In this document: positions 1 through 7,528 of the stretch, one piece after another
How positions within the stretch are numbered: position 1 is the stretch's first letter
Layout: each line of letters starts with the position of its first letter
Virus record (IMG/VR): IMGVR_UViG_3300005512_000295
Location: 1-25,714 of that record
Length of the DNA: 25,714 nt
Direction: 5' to 3' (one strand)
Source: a virus
Taxonomy: Duplodnaviria; Caudoviricetes
Notes under the pieces: model-generated
The model's input: the letters and a program-made list of their open reading frames with translations, nothing else
Database searches by the model: none
What the model was told of the DNA's origin: nothing
Translations under genes and position numbers: made by a program

Positions 1-591
1 TCCGATGAGACGATTCTGCTCATCAATAAAGGGGATTACAAGTCTGGGTTCATCCTTTGCTACATTAGGAAACTTGTTTGGTATGCACTCATTAACCCAT
101 TTATAAAACTTGGGTGCGTAAAAAAGTTCTGCATGGCGGTTCGCAGGAATCTTTCTATTAACTATGTATCGTTTCGCAGGGTGATCCGACTTCAGTTGCG
201 ACACCTTCTTGATCTTCGACAAGGGTGTGTCCTTGACGAACTGAGGTTTTTGCATTCGACGAATGTCAACCTTTTTGTATCCCACTGCCTCGTTTCTGTC
301 AACCTTTTTATTGACACGCTCGCCAAACTTCTCAAGCATGAACTGCTTGTGCATCTCTGGGTTGATGTGCTTGATGACCTTAGAGATACTTGCACCGACA
401 CCACAGTTGTGGCATTTGAAGATGAGGTCACCTTCTTTTTGAAAGACATAACCTCGTGCTTTGGTTTTGTCTCTTTGGGAATCTCCACAGAACGGACAAC
501 GAAAGTTCCACAAGTTATCGTTCTTGCGTTTGAACTGTCCAAGTTGGGAGGATAATAGATTTAAGTATTTGACATCAATGTAGTTGCTCAT
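1..591 (-). CDS. 61: DNA primase (T4 gp61-like), 3' end runs off the window
   Basis: Not in the ORF track. Manual translation from ATG 591 gives MSNYIDVKYLNLLSSQLGQFKRKNDNLWNFRCPFCGDSQRDKTKARGY...FKCHNCG, the gp61 zinc ribbon. Confidence 0.93.
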   Translation of the reverse strand, partial: MSNYIDVKYLNLLSSQLGQFKRKNDNLWNFRCPFCGDSQRDKTKARGYVFQKEGDLIFKCHNCGVGASISKVIKHINPEMHKQFMLEKFGERVNKKVDRNEAVGYKKVDIRRMQKPQFVKDTPLSKIKKVSQLKSDHPAKRYIVNRKIPANRHAELFYAPKFYKWVNECIPNKFPNVAKDEPRLVIPFIDEQNRLIG

Positions 592-597
592 TCAATC

Positions 598-626
598 ATT
601 ATACGACGAATGTGCTACTCTGTCAA
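598..626 (-). promoter_or_regulatory. Consensus sigma70-type promoter for primase
   Basis: TTGACA (626-621), 17-bp spacer, TATAAT (603-598); ATG follows 6 nt later. Confidence 0.8.
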
Positions 627-958
627 GAGAATAATGAACCGATGTCCATGTGTGCAAGGAAGAACCCAAGTGCTGTAGCACCACCGATGACGACCCACTT
701 CCATCGTTCAAGTTCAGTAAGACGAGTATCCATCTTTTCGTGATGTGCTTTGGATTCCTCTTTCATTTCTTTGATCTCTGACATGATCTCTTTGTGAGAT
801 GAAGCAACCTCTTCGTATAGTTCGTCTCTCAATGATCCGATCCTTTTATGTAAAGTTTCGTACTGCTCTTGTGCTTCCACGCGACGAGACTCCAGTAGTT
901 CAAATAGATTGATGTCTGGTTGTTCGTATACAAACTTGGTTGATTTTTGGTCTGCCAT
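623..958 (-). CDS. Coiled-coil protein with C-terminal TM helix (XhlA/holin-like)
   Basis: RLTELERWKWVVIGGATALGFFL; lies next to the spanin pair and downstream of a TATAAATA box. Confidence 0.55.
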   Translation of the reverse strand: MADQKSTKFVYEQPDINLFELLESRRVEAQEQYETLHKRIGSLRDELYEEVASSHKEIMSEIKEMKEESKAHHEKMDTRLTELERWKWVVIGGATALGFFLAHMDIGSLFS

Positions 959-969
959 TTTTATTTTTC

Positions 970-1383
970 TTATTGTTGGTCAGATTTTGAATTATTATTT
1001 ATAGAATCGGAAACCGCATTCTCGTAGTAAATGATGACCTGAGTCTGCTGATTGATAAATCTTTTCAATTCAGCAATGTTCAGCGCAAGGTTCTCGTAGT
1101 CACGCATCGACAATGCAACAAATGCAACATCACCGTGAATCTCTTTGAACTCCTTTAGAAACTCATCAAGATTTTCTTCTGTGACCACATAGACTTTCGT
1201 GTCAATCAGTTGTACTGGTTTCGGTCTCGTTACTGTTGGTATCTGTACTTTCTCGACCTTCGTCACCACTTCCACTTTCGGTTCTGGTGTCGGTATCAGA
1301 CTGCAACCACTCAGGGAGATTGTCATCAGGAGTACCACCAGTGTCAGCAATGATTTCGCGCCATAAGTTTGCTGTTGCACCAT
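970..1383 (-). CDS. o-spanin (Rz1-like lipoprotein)
   Basis: Hydrophobic signal, lipobox LSG-C and Pro-rich PTPEPK; overlaps the 3' end of the i-spanin gene. Confidence 0.75.
   Translation of the reverse strand: MVQQQTYGAKSLLTLVVLLMTISLSGCSLIPTPEPKVEVVTKVEKVQIPTVTRPKPVQLIDTKVYVVTEENLDEFLKEFKEIHGDVAFVALSMRDYENLALNIAELKRFINQQTQVIIYYENAVSDSINNNSKSDQQ
996..1003 (-). promoter_or_regulatory. T4-type late promoter TATAAATA
   Basis: Exact gp55 consensus about 37 nt upstream of ATG 958. Confidence 0.65.
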
Positions 1384-1708
1384 TCATCTTACCTTCTAAT
1401 TTTGCCGCGTCTTTGATTGCGTCTTGCACTAAGTCCAACTGCCTTAGTTTGTTTCGCAAGTCGTCACCATACTTCTCTGCTTTTTGCAAATCAGATTGTA
1501 AGTTTCTGTTTGCTTCTGCAAGACTTTCCATTGTCGATTGCAAGTTGTCAATACTTGCTTCGCTTGTTTTTAACGCAGTTTCAAGTTTCGCGTTGTTCTC
1601 TCTCAACACACCAATGCGTTGTTGCATATCTTTGTACTCAGAGTATGCCATATATCCAGTGCCACCGACGACACCAAGTACAATAATCAATGCATAGACT
1701 TTTATCAT
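1202..1708 (-). CDS. i-spanin (Rz-like)
   Basis: N-terminal TM segment followed by a long coiled coil; overlapped out of frame by the lipoprotein gene. Confidence 0.72.
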   Translation of the reverse strand: MIKVYALIIVLGVVGGTGYMAYSEYKDMQQRIGVLRENNAKLETALKTSEASIDNLQSTMESLAEANRNLQSDLQKAEKYGDDLRNKLRQLDLVQDAIKDAAKLEGKMNGATANLWREIIADTGGTPDDNLPEWLQSDTDTRTESGSGDEGRESTDTNSNETETSTTD

Positions 1709-2178
1709 TGTGTTATCTCAAATCTCAAGTTTTCGTGATCTGGATAGTTAACTACTACTGGACCTTCTGGACACATGTAGTCTATGTGTACCAACAATGT
1801 CGCTTCACCCTCTGGTATCATGTGTTGATGTTCTTCGTCAATCGTAAACGAGTATCCAAACTTATCAATCTTGTCGCTTGCAGGACCAGAAAATTTAGCA
1901 ACGCTTGGTGTCGCTGTGTGTACCATATATTTACTGTCTTTAATCTCAAGTCTAAAACCTTCAACACTACAATCATCTCTGTGCTTTTCTCTTGCCACGA
2001 TCACATCAAATGTACCATCTCTTGGTCCATCTGACACTTCAAAATGTTCTGGCGACCAAGTAAGAATGTCTTTAGACTTGAGTTTATCCCACACGGTGTA
2101 ACCGCCACCCAACATAGCAAAAGTTGCTGTAACGACACCTATACCTTTTGTAATGTTTTCGATGTCAAAACTAATCAT
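1705..2178 (-). CDS. Hypothetical membrane-anchored protein
   Basis: 157-aa ORF with N-terminal hydrophobic segment and 4-nt overlaps with both neighbours. Confidence 0.7.
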   Translation of the reverse strand: MISFDIENITKGIGVVTATFAMLGGGYTVWDKLKSKDILTWSPEHFEVSDGPRDGTFDVIVAREKHRDDCSVEGFRLEIKDSKYMVHTATPSVAKFSGPASDKIDKFGYSFTIDEEHQHMIPEGEATLLVHIDYMCPEGPVVVNYPDHENLRFEITQ

Positions 2179-2582
2179 CTTTTTTTATTCTTCCAAATGT
2201 CCATGAAAGACTCAACTGCCAACTCTGGATTGGGAGTCTTGAAGTTCTTCTTACGCATAATCGTCTTTGCGACTAACTCCAACTCACCATTCTTATAGTT
2301 CAACACAAACGGCATGTTGATGTCAGTACGCATGTCTTTGATGACTGCTTCCGCATCTACTCCTAATGATGCAATTTTCTTGCCATATTTAGCATAGGAT
2401 TGCTTGAATAGTCGCGTCAATTCCGCAGTAGTGATCTGCTTCTTGTTGCGTTCGTCATTTACCCTGTCAAGAAAATGACGTGTGAACTCCACATCGATGC
2501 CAACCTTGGCAAAGATTTTGTCTGCGTACTTCTCGATCTGATCCAAGTCAGTCTTTGTAATAAACTTCTCGTGGAGTATCAT
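2175..2582 (-). CDS. Hypothetical protein, possible BECR/RelE-like fold
   Basis: VEFTRHFLDR motif and C-terminal strand ELVAKTIMRK; translationally coupled to neighbours. Confidence 0.6.
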   Translation of the reverse strand: MILHEKFITKTDLDQIEKYADKIFAKVGIDVEFTRHFLDRVNDERNKKQITTAELTRLFKQSYAKYGKKIASLGVDAEAVIKDMRTDINMPFVLNYKNGELELVAKTIMRKKNFKTPNPELAVESFMDIWKNKKR

Positions 2583-2965
2583 AACTGTCTATACATGCTC
2601 TTGCCAAGTTTTATAATCATGTGGAAAGGACCATCTGAGACGATTCGTATGTCGGAGTTTGCGTAACTGTTATCAACAAATCCATCAAAGTTATACGAAC
2701 CAGAGTTCAACAGATAGTAATGTCCATGTACTGTATTCGCACCGTGGTCAACGACACGAGTGATGTCGATTTGTTTATCTTTCTTCGCACCCCAAAAGAT
2801 TTCGCGAATCGTTACTTCGGTTTCATCGCCCACAAACTGTTCGTTATCAAGTTGGATGTAACTACTATCGAGGTTGGCAGCAATAGTTTGACCTGCGGAT
2901 TCAGTAGAGTAAATCTTCAGCACACATTCGTTGTGCGTATTTTTGAGTACATGAATGTTTGCCAT
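2579..2965 (-). CDS. Hypothetical (probable virion) protein
   Basis: 128-aa beta-rich ORF in a tightly packed late operon. Confidence 0.65.
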   Translation of the reverse strand: MANIHVLKNTHNECVLKIYSTESAGQTIAANLDSSYIQLDNEQFVGDETEVTIREIFWGAKKDKQIDITRVVDHGANTVHGHYYLLNSGSYNFDGFVDNSYANSDIRIVSDGPFHMIIKLGKSMYRQL

Positions 2966-2966
2966 C

Positions 2967-3524
2967 TTACAATCCTAACTGCTTCATGAAGTCCTTTTTC
3001 TTCTTGATTGCTTGACGCTTTTCTTTCTGCATCATGTAACGTCTCAAGAATGCCTTCATTTCTTTCTTACGAGCATCTGGTTTCCAATGTACAGGATCGT
3101 CACCTGTACCCGCAACACCTGCTCCAGTCACATTCGCAGGTGCTTCTTCCATTAGTTCATTGAGAGTTTTGCCAGTTGCTTTTTCTAAGTCGTCCATCGC
3201 ACTCATCCACCCCTCGATAAGTTCTTCTTCTGTATAGTTCTTCTTAGGTTCAATAGATTCTTTGATGAGAAACAATGCCGCGGCATACGAACCAAGACGC
3301 GATGAACCGCCCGGTACTTTTTCGATCAGTCGCTTGATGTTAAACACCAAACGATCAAAGTAACCGTATGCTTCCTCTTCTTCCTTGGTCTCGATCTTCT
3401 TCTTGGTACGCTTACCTTTCTCGTCAATCAAACCAAGTTCGTATGCTTCGGTTTTATTGAAGGGCGTAGTCAGTCTCTTCAGAAACTGATAGATAAGAAT
3501 CAAATCGACTGTCTTACTCGCCAT
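2967..3524 (-). CDS. Conserved T4-like hypothetical protein
   Basis: YQFLKRLTTPF...AYELGLIDEKG...RLGSYAAALFLIKE pattern recognised from T4-like phages. Confidence 0.75.
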   Translation of the reverse strand: MASKTVDLILIYQFLKRLTTPFNKTEAYELGLIDEKGKRTKKKIETKEEEEAYGYFDRLVFNIKRLIEKVPGGSSRLGSYAAALFLIKESIEPKKNYTEEELIEGWMSAMDDLEKATGKTLNELMEEAPANVTGAGVAGTGDDPVHWKPDARKKEMKAFLRRYMMQKEKRQAIKKKKDFMKQLGL

Positions 3525-3915
3525 CTATCTGCCTTATTGTGTTGACGATATCGACATCCAAAGGGATTTCGCTATCGCGATAAATCTTTCCGTTGACTTT
3601 CCCAATCTTCATAGGATCGTCCCAATACGATAATAACATAAGAAATGGTTTCAAGCAATCCAAATGATCGTCTAACTTCATCATCAGCATGCGAGTCATC
3701 GCACGAGGTTCAAAAGTGTTGTATAGTACGACCAAGTGGTTGATTATCAACCGTTCTTTCAAGTCGCCCGTTTCTTTGTACTTACGAAACAGACGTTTGA
3801 TGTATCGTATTCTTTTTAGATCATCATGAAACTCAAGCATGTCTGTACAATGTGGATTCATATATGCTTTCATGGCAAAAAGTTGGAAGTTGCCTTCCGT
3901 CAAATCATCAAACAT
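3514..3915 (-). CDS. Conserved T4-like hypothetical protein
   Basis: FAMKAYMNPHC...EFHDDLKRIRYIKRL...ERLIINH pattern recognised from marine T4-like phages. Confidence 0.75.
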   Translation of the reverse strand: MFDDLTEGNFQLFAMKAYMNPHCTDMLEFHDDLKRIRYIKRLFRKYKETGDLKERLIINHLVVLYNTFEPRAMTRMLMMKLDDHLDCLKPFLMLLSYWDDPMKIGKVNGKIYRDSEIPLDVDIVNTIRQIDGE

Positions 3916-3916
3916 C

Positions 3917-4696
3917 TTATGGTAAAGTGCCTAAATCAATCAATCTATTTTCAATACTGGTAAAATCTGATTCAAAATGCAATCTCTTAATTGTATTGGA
4001 GTCCGTTGTGACATACAAGTATGTATTACTATAGAATACTAATCCAGACGCAACATTTGCCGATACAGCATTAGAACTGGAAACGTCATCAGACTTTGTT
4101 CTGATTTTAAGTGCAGAAGTGCTCGTCTCTCCATTTGCAATAAATGTATTTGCATTAATAGTGTTTGCAATAGTAACATCTTGTAAATTGGCAAGTCGAT
4201 TATCAATCGATGTTGCAACATTAGCAACTTGCATTCTATCGTTGACAAGCAATTCAGTATTTGCTCGCTCATTCGATATTAATGCTCGTGTGTTGGCAAC
4301 TTGCATTCTATCGTTGACAAGCAATTCAGTATTTGCTCGTTCATTTGATATTAATACTCGCGTGTTGGCAACTTGCATTCTATCGTTGATGCGTAGATTT
4401 ATTGTTTCGATATCAACATTTGCAACTTGTATCCTATCGTTAATGGCATCTAATATATTCGTGCCACCAACGGTCAAGTTTGCGGTGACTGTCATTGTTG
4501 TACCAGTAAACGTAGTGTTTCCAGTATTCGTAACAGTTCCTTTATGAACTACATTTGGAACTACATTGGCAAACAGATTCGATACGGTTACCTTATTAGA
4601 TGTGGGCGTACCATTCGGATCGTTGACGACCAACAGAAGGTCATCACCACTTAGATTAGTGATTGCCGAAAGTTCTGTAACCTTCTTGTCTGCCAT
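3917..4696 (-). CDS. Fibre-like virion protein with NDRMQVAN repeats
   Basis: N-terminal ADKKVTEL...DDLLLVVND...KVTVSNL module typical of fibre/appendage proteins; internal 24-aa repeats. Confidence 0.65.
   Translation of the reverse strand: MADKKVTELSAITNLSGDDLLLVVNDPNGTPTSNKVTVSNLFANVVPNVVHKGTVTNTGNTTFTGTTMTVTANLTVGGTNILDAINDRIQVANVDIETINLRINDRMQVANTRVLISNERANTELLVNDRMQVANTRALISNERANTELLVNDRMQVANVATSIDNRLANLQDVTIANTINANTFIANGETSTSALKIRTKSDDVSSSNAVSANVASGLVFYSNTYLYVTTDSNTIKRLHFESDFTSIENRLIDLGTLP
4224..4389. repeat. 72-bp in-frame tandem repeat, about 2.3 copies
   Basis: gcaacttgcattctatcgttga starts at 4224, 4296 and 4368; a degenerate copy starts at 4422. Confidence 0.95.
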
Positions 4697-4706
4697 TGTC
4701 TATTCC

Positions 4707-5198
4707 TTATTCTGGAAGTTTTGTATCGTCGTCTGCATCGCCAGTGATAGATGATGCGGCAACCAATACTTCATAGTGTACGCGACCTGCACGACCGCCA
4801 GAACCTTCAGTGCGGAGTACCCAACCTGCGTGTGGTACGATGTCTGATTCTGTGTCAGCAGTGTTTGCATAGTTCATTTCTGATGTCGAAACACCATAGA
4901 CATTGTTAGCATCCAGTCCTACTGAACCGTATGCAATGTATAGTGGTTTCTCAGAAACAACATAGTTTGCGTTAGACTGAGCACCGACGAGTGTACCGCC
5001 AGTCTCACCTGCACGAACGGTCATTACGGTTGCGTTAGCAATCGCAGTGATCACGTAGTCGTTCTTACCTACATGCAAGAAATCATTTACCGCGAAATTG
5101 GTAAATGTAGTTCCTGCTCCTACAACAGTAGAGTTTGCCGCAGTGACTGTGACCGTACCTGCTACTGTTTTCCCATCATTCATTCCCCAAAGTGACAT
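4707..5198 (-). CDS. Putative virion structural protein
   Basis: MSLWG N-terminus and HAGWV...GGRAGRVHYEVLVA C-terminus; GGAG SD; CCTAAATA late-like box at 5226-5233. Confidence 0.7.
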   Translation of the reverse strand: MSLWGMNDGKTVAGTVTVTAANSTVVGAGTTFTNFAVNDFLHVGKNDYVITAIANATVMTVRAGETGGTLVGAQSNANYVVSEKPLYIAYGSVGLDANNVYGVSTSEMNYANTADTESDIVPHAGWVLRTEGSGGRAGRVHYEVLVAASSITGDADDDTKLPE

Positions 5199-5228
5199 TT
5201 TGTCTCTCCTTTATGTTTATCTTTCTAT

Positions 5229-7505
5229 TTAGGCGTGTTTCTTTGCCATCTTAATGGCAGTACGCGCCATTACTTCTTTCGCACGGTCACCGTACTTCTT
5301 CACGAACTCATCCTTTTTCTTCTCCAGAGATTTCATGATTTCATCTTTCTTTTCCATCTCTGCTGAAGTCATCTCTTCACCCTTCTCTTCTTCGATAGAA
5401 GGATTTACATCAACCTTAGTTTGCTTTTCGGACTTGCCGACTTTCTTCTTAGGTTCATCTTCTTTCTTTGAGACTTCTTTCTCTTGATCTGCTTCTGCTT
5501 TGTCAGAGTCTTTTTCCATTGACTTGGACACTGCCTTTCGACGCTTGTGTAGATACTCGTCAGAATCATCTACATCGCCATCGTTATCGAGGTCTTTGTC
5601 TTTGCGATCATCAAAGTCTTTCTTGACTGCTTTCTTGTTCACTGGATCAAGTTTCTTGCCTTCCCAAATCGCTTTGAGTGTATCTTCAAGAGACAGTTTC
5701 TCTTCTTCAAACGCAGACTCAAAGAGTTCGTCCAAGTTTACTTCTTCTTTCATACCCTTTGCCCTTGCTTCGTTGTGTCCTTTAGACCAAGCAGTGTATT
5801 CCTTTGATCCTTTCTTGTTAGGATTGTCATCATACTTCTTACCTGCCCGTGCTGCTTTCTTACCGTCTTCATATGCCTGTGCTTCAGCAGGAGTCTTGTA
5901 TGCTTCGTCCAGTTCAACTTCCTCTGCATAGAAGTCTGCGATTTTCTTAGGCGAGTCAAAGAACTTCTGTCCCTTCTCACCTTTCTTAGACATAAACCAT
6001 CCACCTGCACCGTCATCTAAATCACCAGATGCGACTTCTTTGTTGCCAACCATTACTCGTGCAACACCATCACCCTTAGTGACAACTTTGGTCTTACCCT
6101 TAGTTGCGAGAACACGCATTGCCTCGTCCAGTTCAACTTCTTCCGAAAATCCATGATTACGCAGTCTTGACTTTGCGTTTGCCATCTGTGTTTTTTCTGC
6201 GGATGTCAATTTACCAGTTTTTGCTTTTTGTGACAATCGGTTCAATAACTGATAGTCTTTGTTCTTGTCGTACTTTTTGAGTTCATCCAGTTCAACTTCT
6301 TCTTTCATACTTCTGAAATCATCAATGACTTCACCTTGGAAATCTGGGTCTCTTTGGATTAATTTATCATTTTGAAGTCCCAACTTCTTCAGAGCAAAAG
6401 GAATCCTCTTGAGAATCTCTGATTCTGGTGCGCTTTGTCTGACACCCATCCCCAATATCAATCTGGCAACTTGTCTTGGAATGTCTTCTCTTGCTTCTTC
6501 AAGGTCAACCGACTCTTTATACATGTTCAGTTCAAACTTCTTATCATCAAGATTAGCAACTTGAATCTGGACTGCCTTCTTACCATCCTTACCCTTCAAA
6601 CGGTATGTGTTAGTCTTACCCTTTGATGGTTTGCGAGGACCAGATGCAACCTTGTCATCAATCTCTTTTGGATCAACCTCAATACCTAACTTGCTCTTCG
6701 CATAGTCGTATGCATGCTTCATCGCAGATGAGAAATCCTTATGGTACAAGTCGTATCCAGAACCACCAGACTTCGATGGATCACGCCTTGCTTCGTCCAT
6801 CTCTTCTTTGTCATCGTTTGGATTTGAAATGTAGTCATTCATCTTGTTCATGCTATTAGATGCGACTGCTAACTTGTTTGTCCACCAAGTTGGAAGTGAA
6901 CCTTCGTCATCCATTGAGTCTAATGCACTCATGATTGCTTGAGCATCTTCAACGATTGTCTTACACTGACGCTTTGCCGATGCAACATCTGTATGTCCAT
7001 CTTCTGCAATAACTTCTTCTTTGAAGACATAGAACACACGACCGACTTGCTTGACTCGTCCACCGTTCTTCTTGGCAAAGTTGTCTGCTTGAGTCTTGTT
7101 AGCAAATGTCTTATCAAAGACTTCCTTGCCACGAACCATTGCTTCGTCGAGTTCCTCAAGTTGTTCCAAGTCTTCGATAGTGTAATCTTCGATCTTGAAC
7201 CCACCACCTTGGACTGTTACTTTGATTCCGTTGTCACGCATAACACTGACAATCTTTTCACGAGGTGAAGTGTCTAAGTCCATCAGATCACGAGCAAACT
7301 TTGCCGTGACACGAGGTGCTTTCTTATTTGCGATTGCAGACATACGGTTGGCAAATGCTAAGAAATCGTTCTTATCCATGCCACCCTTTGTCTTTGCATA
7401 CTGTGTTAGTTCTTTTGCCGCACCTGCATAGTCTGCCTTAGAGACATCAAATGGGGGCGCGTCCTTTTTCTCTGCCATCGCTTTGATGGTACTTGCTAAG
7501 TTCAT
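5229..7505 (-). CDS. 758-aa modular charged protein (prohead core / internal-protein-like)
   Basis: Likely start ATG 7505 after a GGAG SD; repeated EEVELDE-like linkers; DLDNDGDVDDSDEYLHKRRKA motif. Confidence 0.75.
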   Translation of the reverse strand: MNLASTIKAMAEKKDAPPFDVSKADYAGAAKELTQYAKTKGGMDKNDFLAFANRMSAIANKKAPRVTAKFARDLMDLDTSPREKIVSVMRDNGIKVTVQGGGFKIEDYTIEDLEQLEELDEAMVRGKEVFDKTFANKTQADNFAKKNGGRVKQVGRVFYVFKEEVIAEDGHTDVASAKRQCKTIVEDAQAIMSALDSMDDEGSLPTWWTNKLAVASNSMNKMNDYISNPNDDKEEMDEARRDPSKSGGSGYDLYHKDFSSAMKHAYDYAKSKLGIEVDPKEIDDKVASGPRKPSKGKTNTYRLKGKDGKKAVQIQVANLDDKKFELNMYKESVDLEEAREDIPRQVARLILGMGVRQSAPESEILKRIPFALKKLGLQNDKLIQRDPDFQGEVIDDFRSMKEEVELDELKKYDKNKDYQLLNRLSQKAKTGKLTSAEKTQMANAKSRLRNHGFSEEVELDEAMRVLATKGKTKVVTKGDGVARVMVGNKEVASGDLDDGAGGWFMSKKGEKGQKFFDSPKKIADFYAEEVELDEAYKTPAEAQAYEDGKKAARAGKKYDDNPNKKGSKEYTAWSKGHNEARAKGMKEEVNLDELFESAFEEEKLSLEDTLKAIWEGKKLDPVNKKAVKKDFDDRKDKDLDNDGDVDDSDEYLHKRRKAVSKSMEKDSDKAEADQEKEVSKKEDEPKKKVGKSEKQTKVDVNPSIEEEKGEEMTSAEMEKKDEIMKSLEKKKDEFVKKYGDRAKEVMARTAIKMAKKHA

Positions 7506-7528
7506 CGGTTTTTCTCCGTTTTTTTCTA

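Noticed and set aside
192-542. 116-aa minus-strand ORF
   Set aside because: Out-of-frame overlap within the primase gene (1-591).
4224-6299. CRISPR-like array from the recurring repeats
   Set aside because: The repeats are in-frame coding, either tandem or irregularly spaced, and there are no cas genes.
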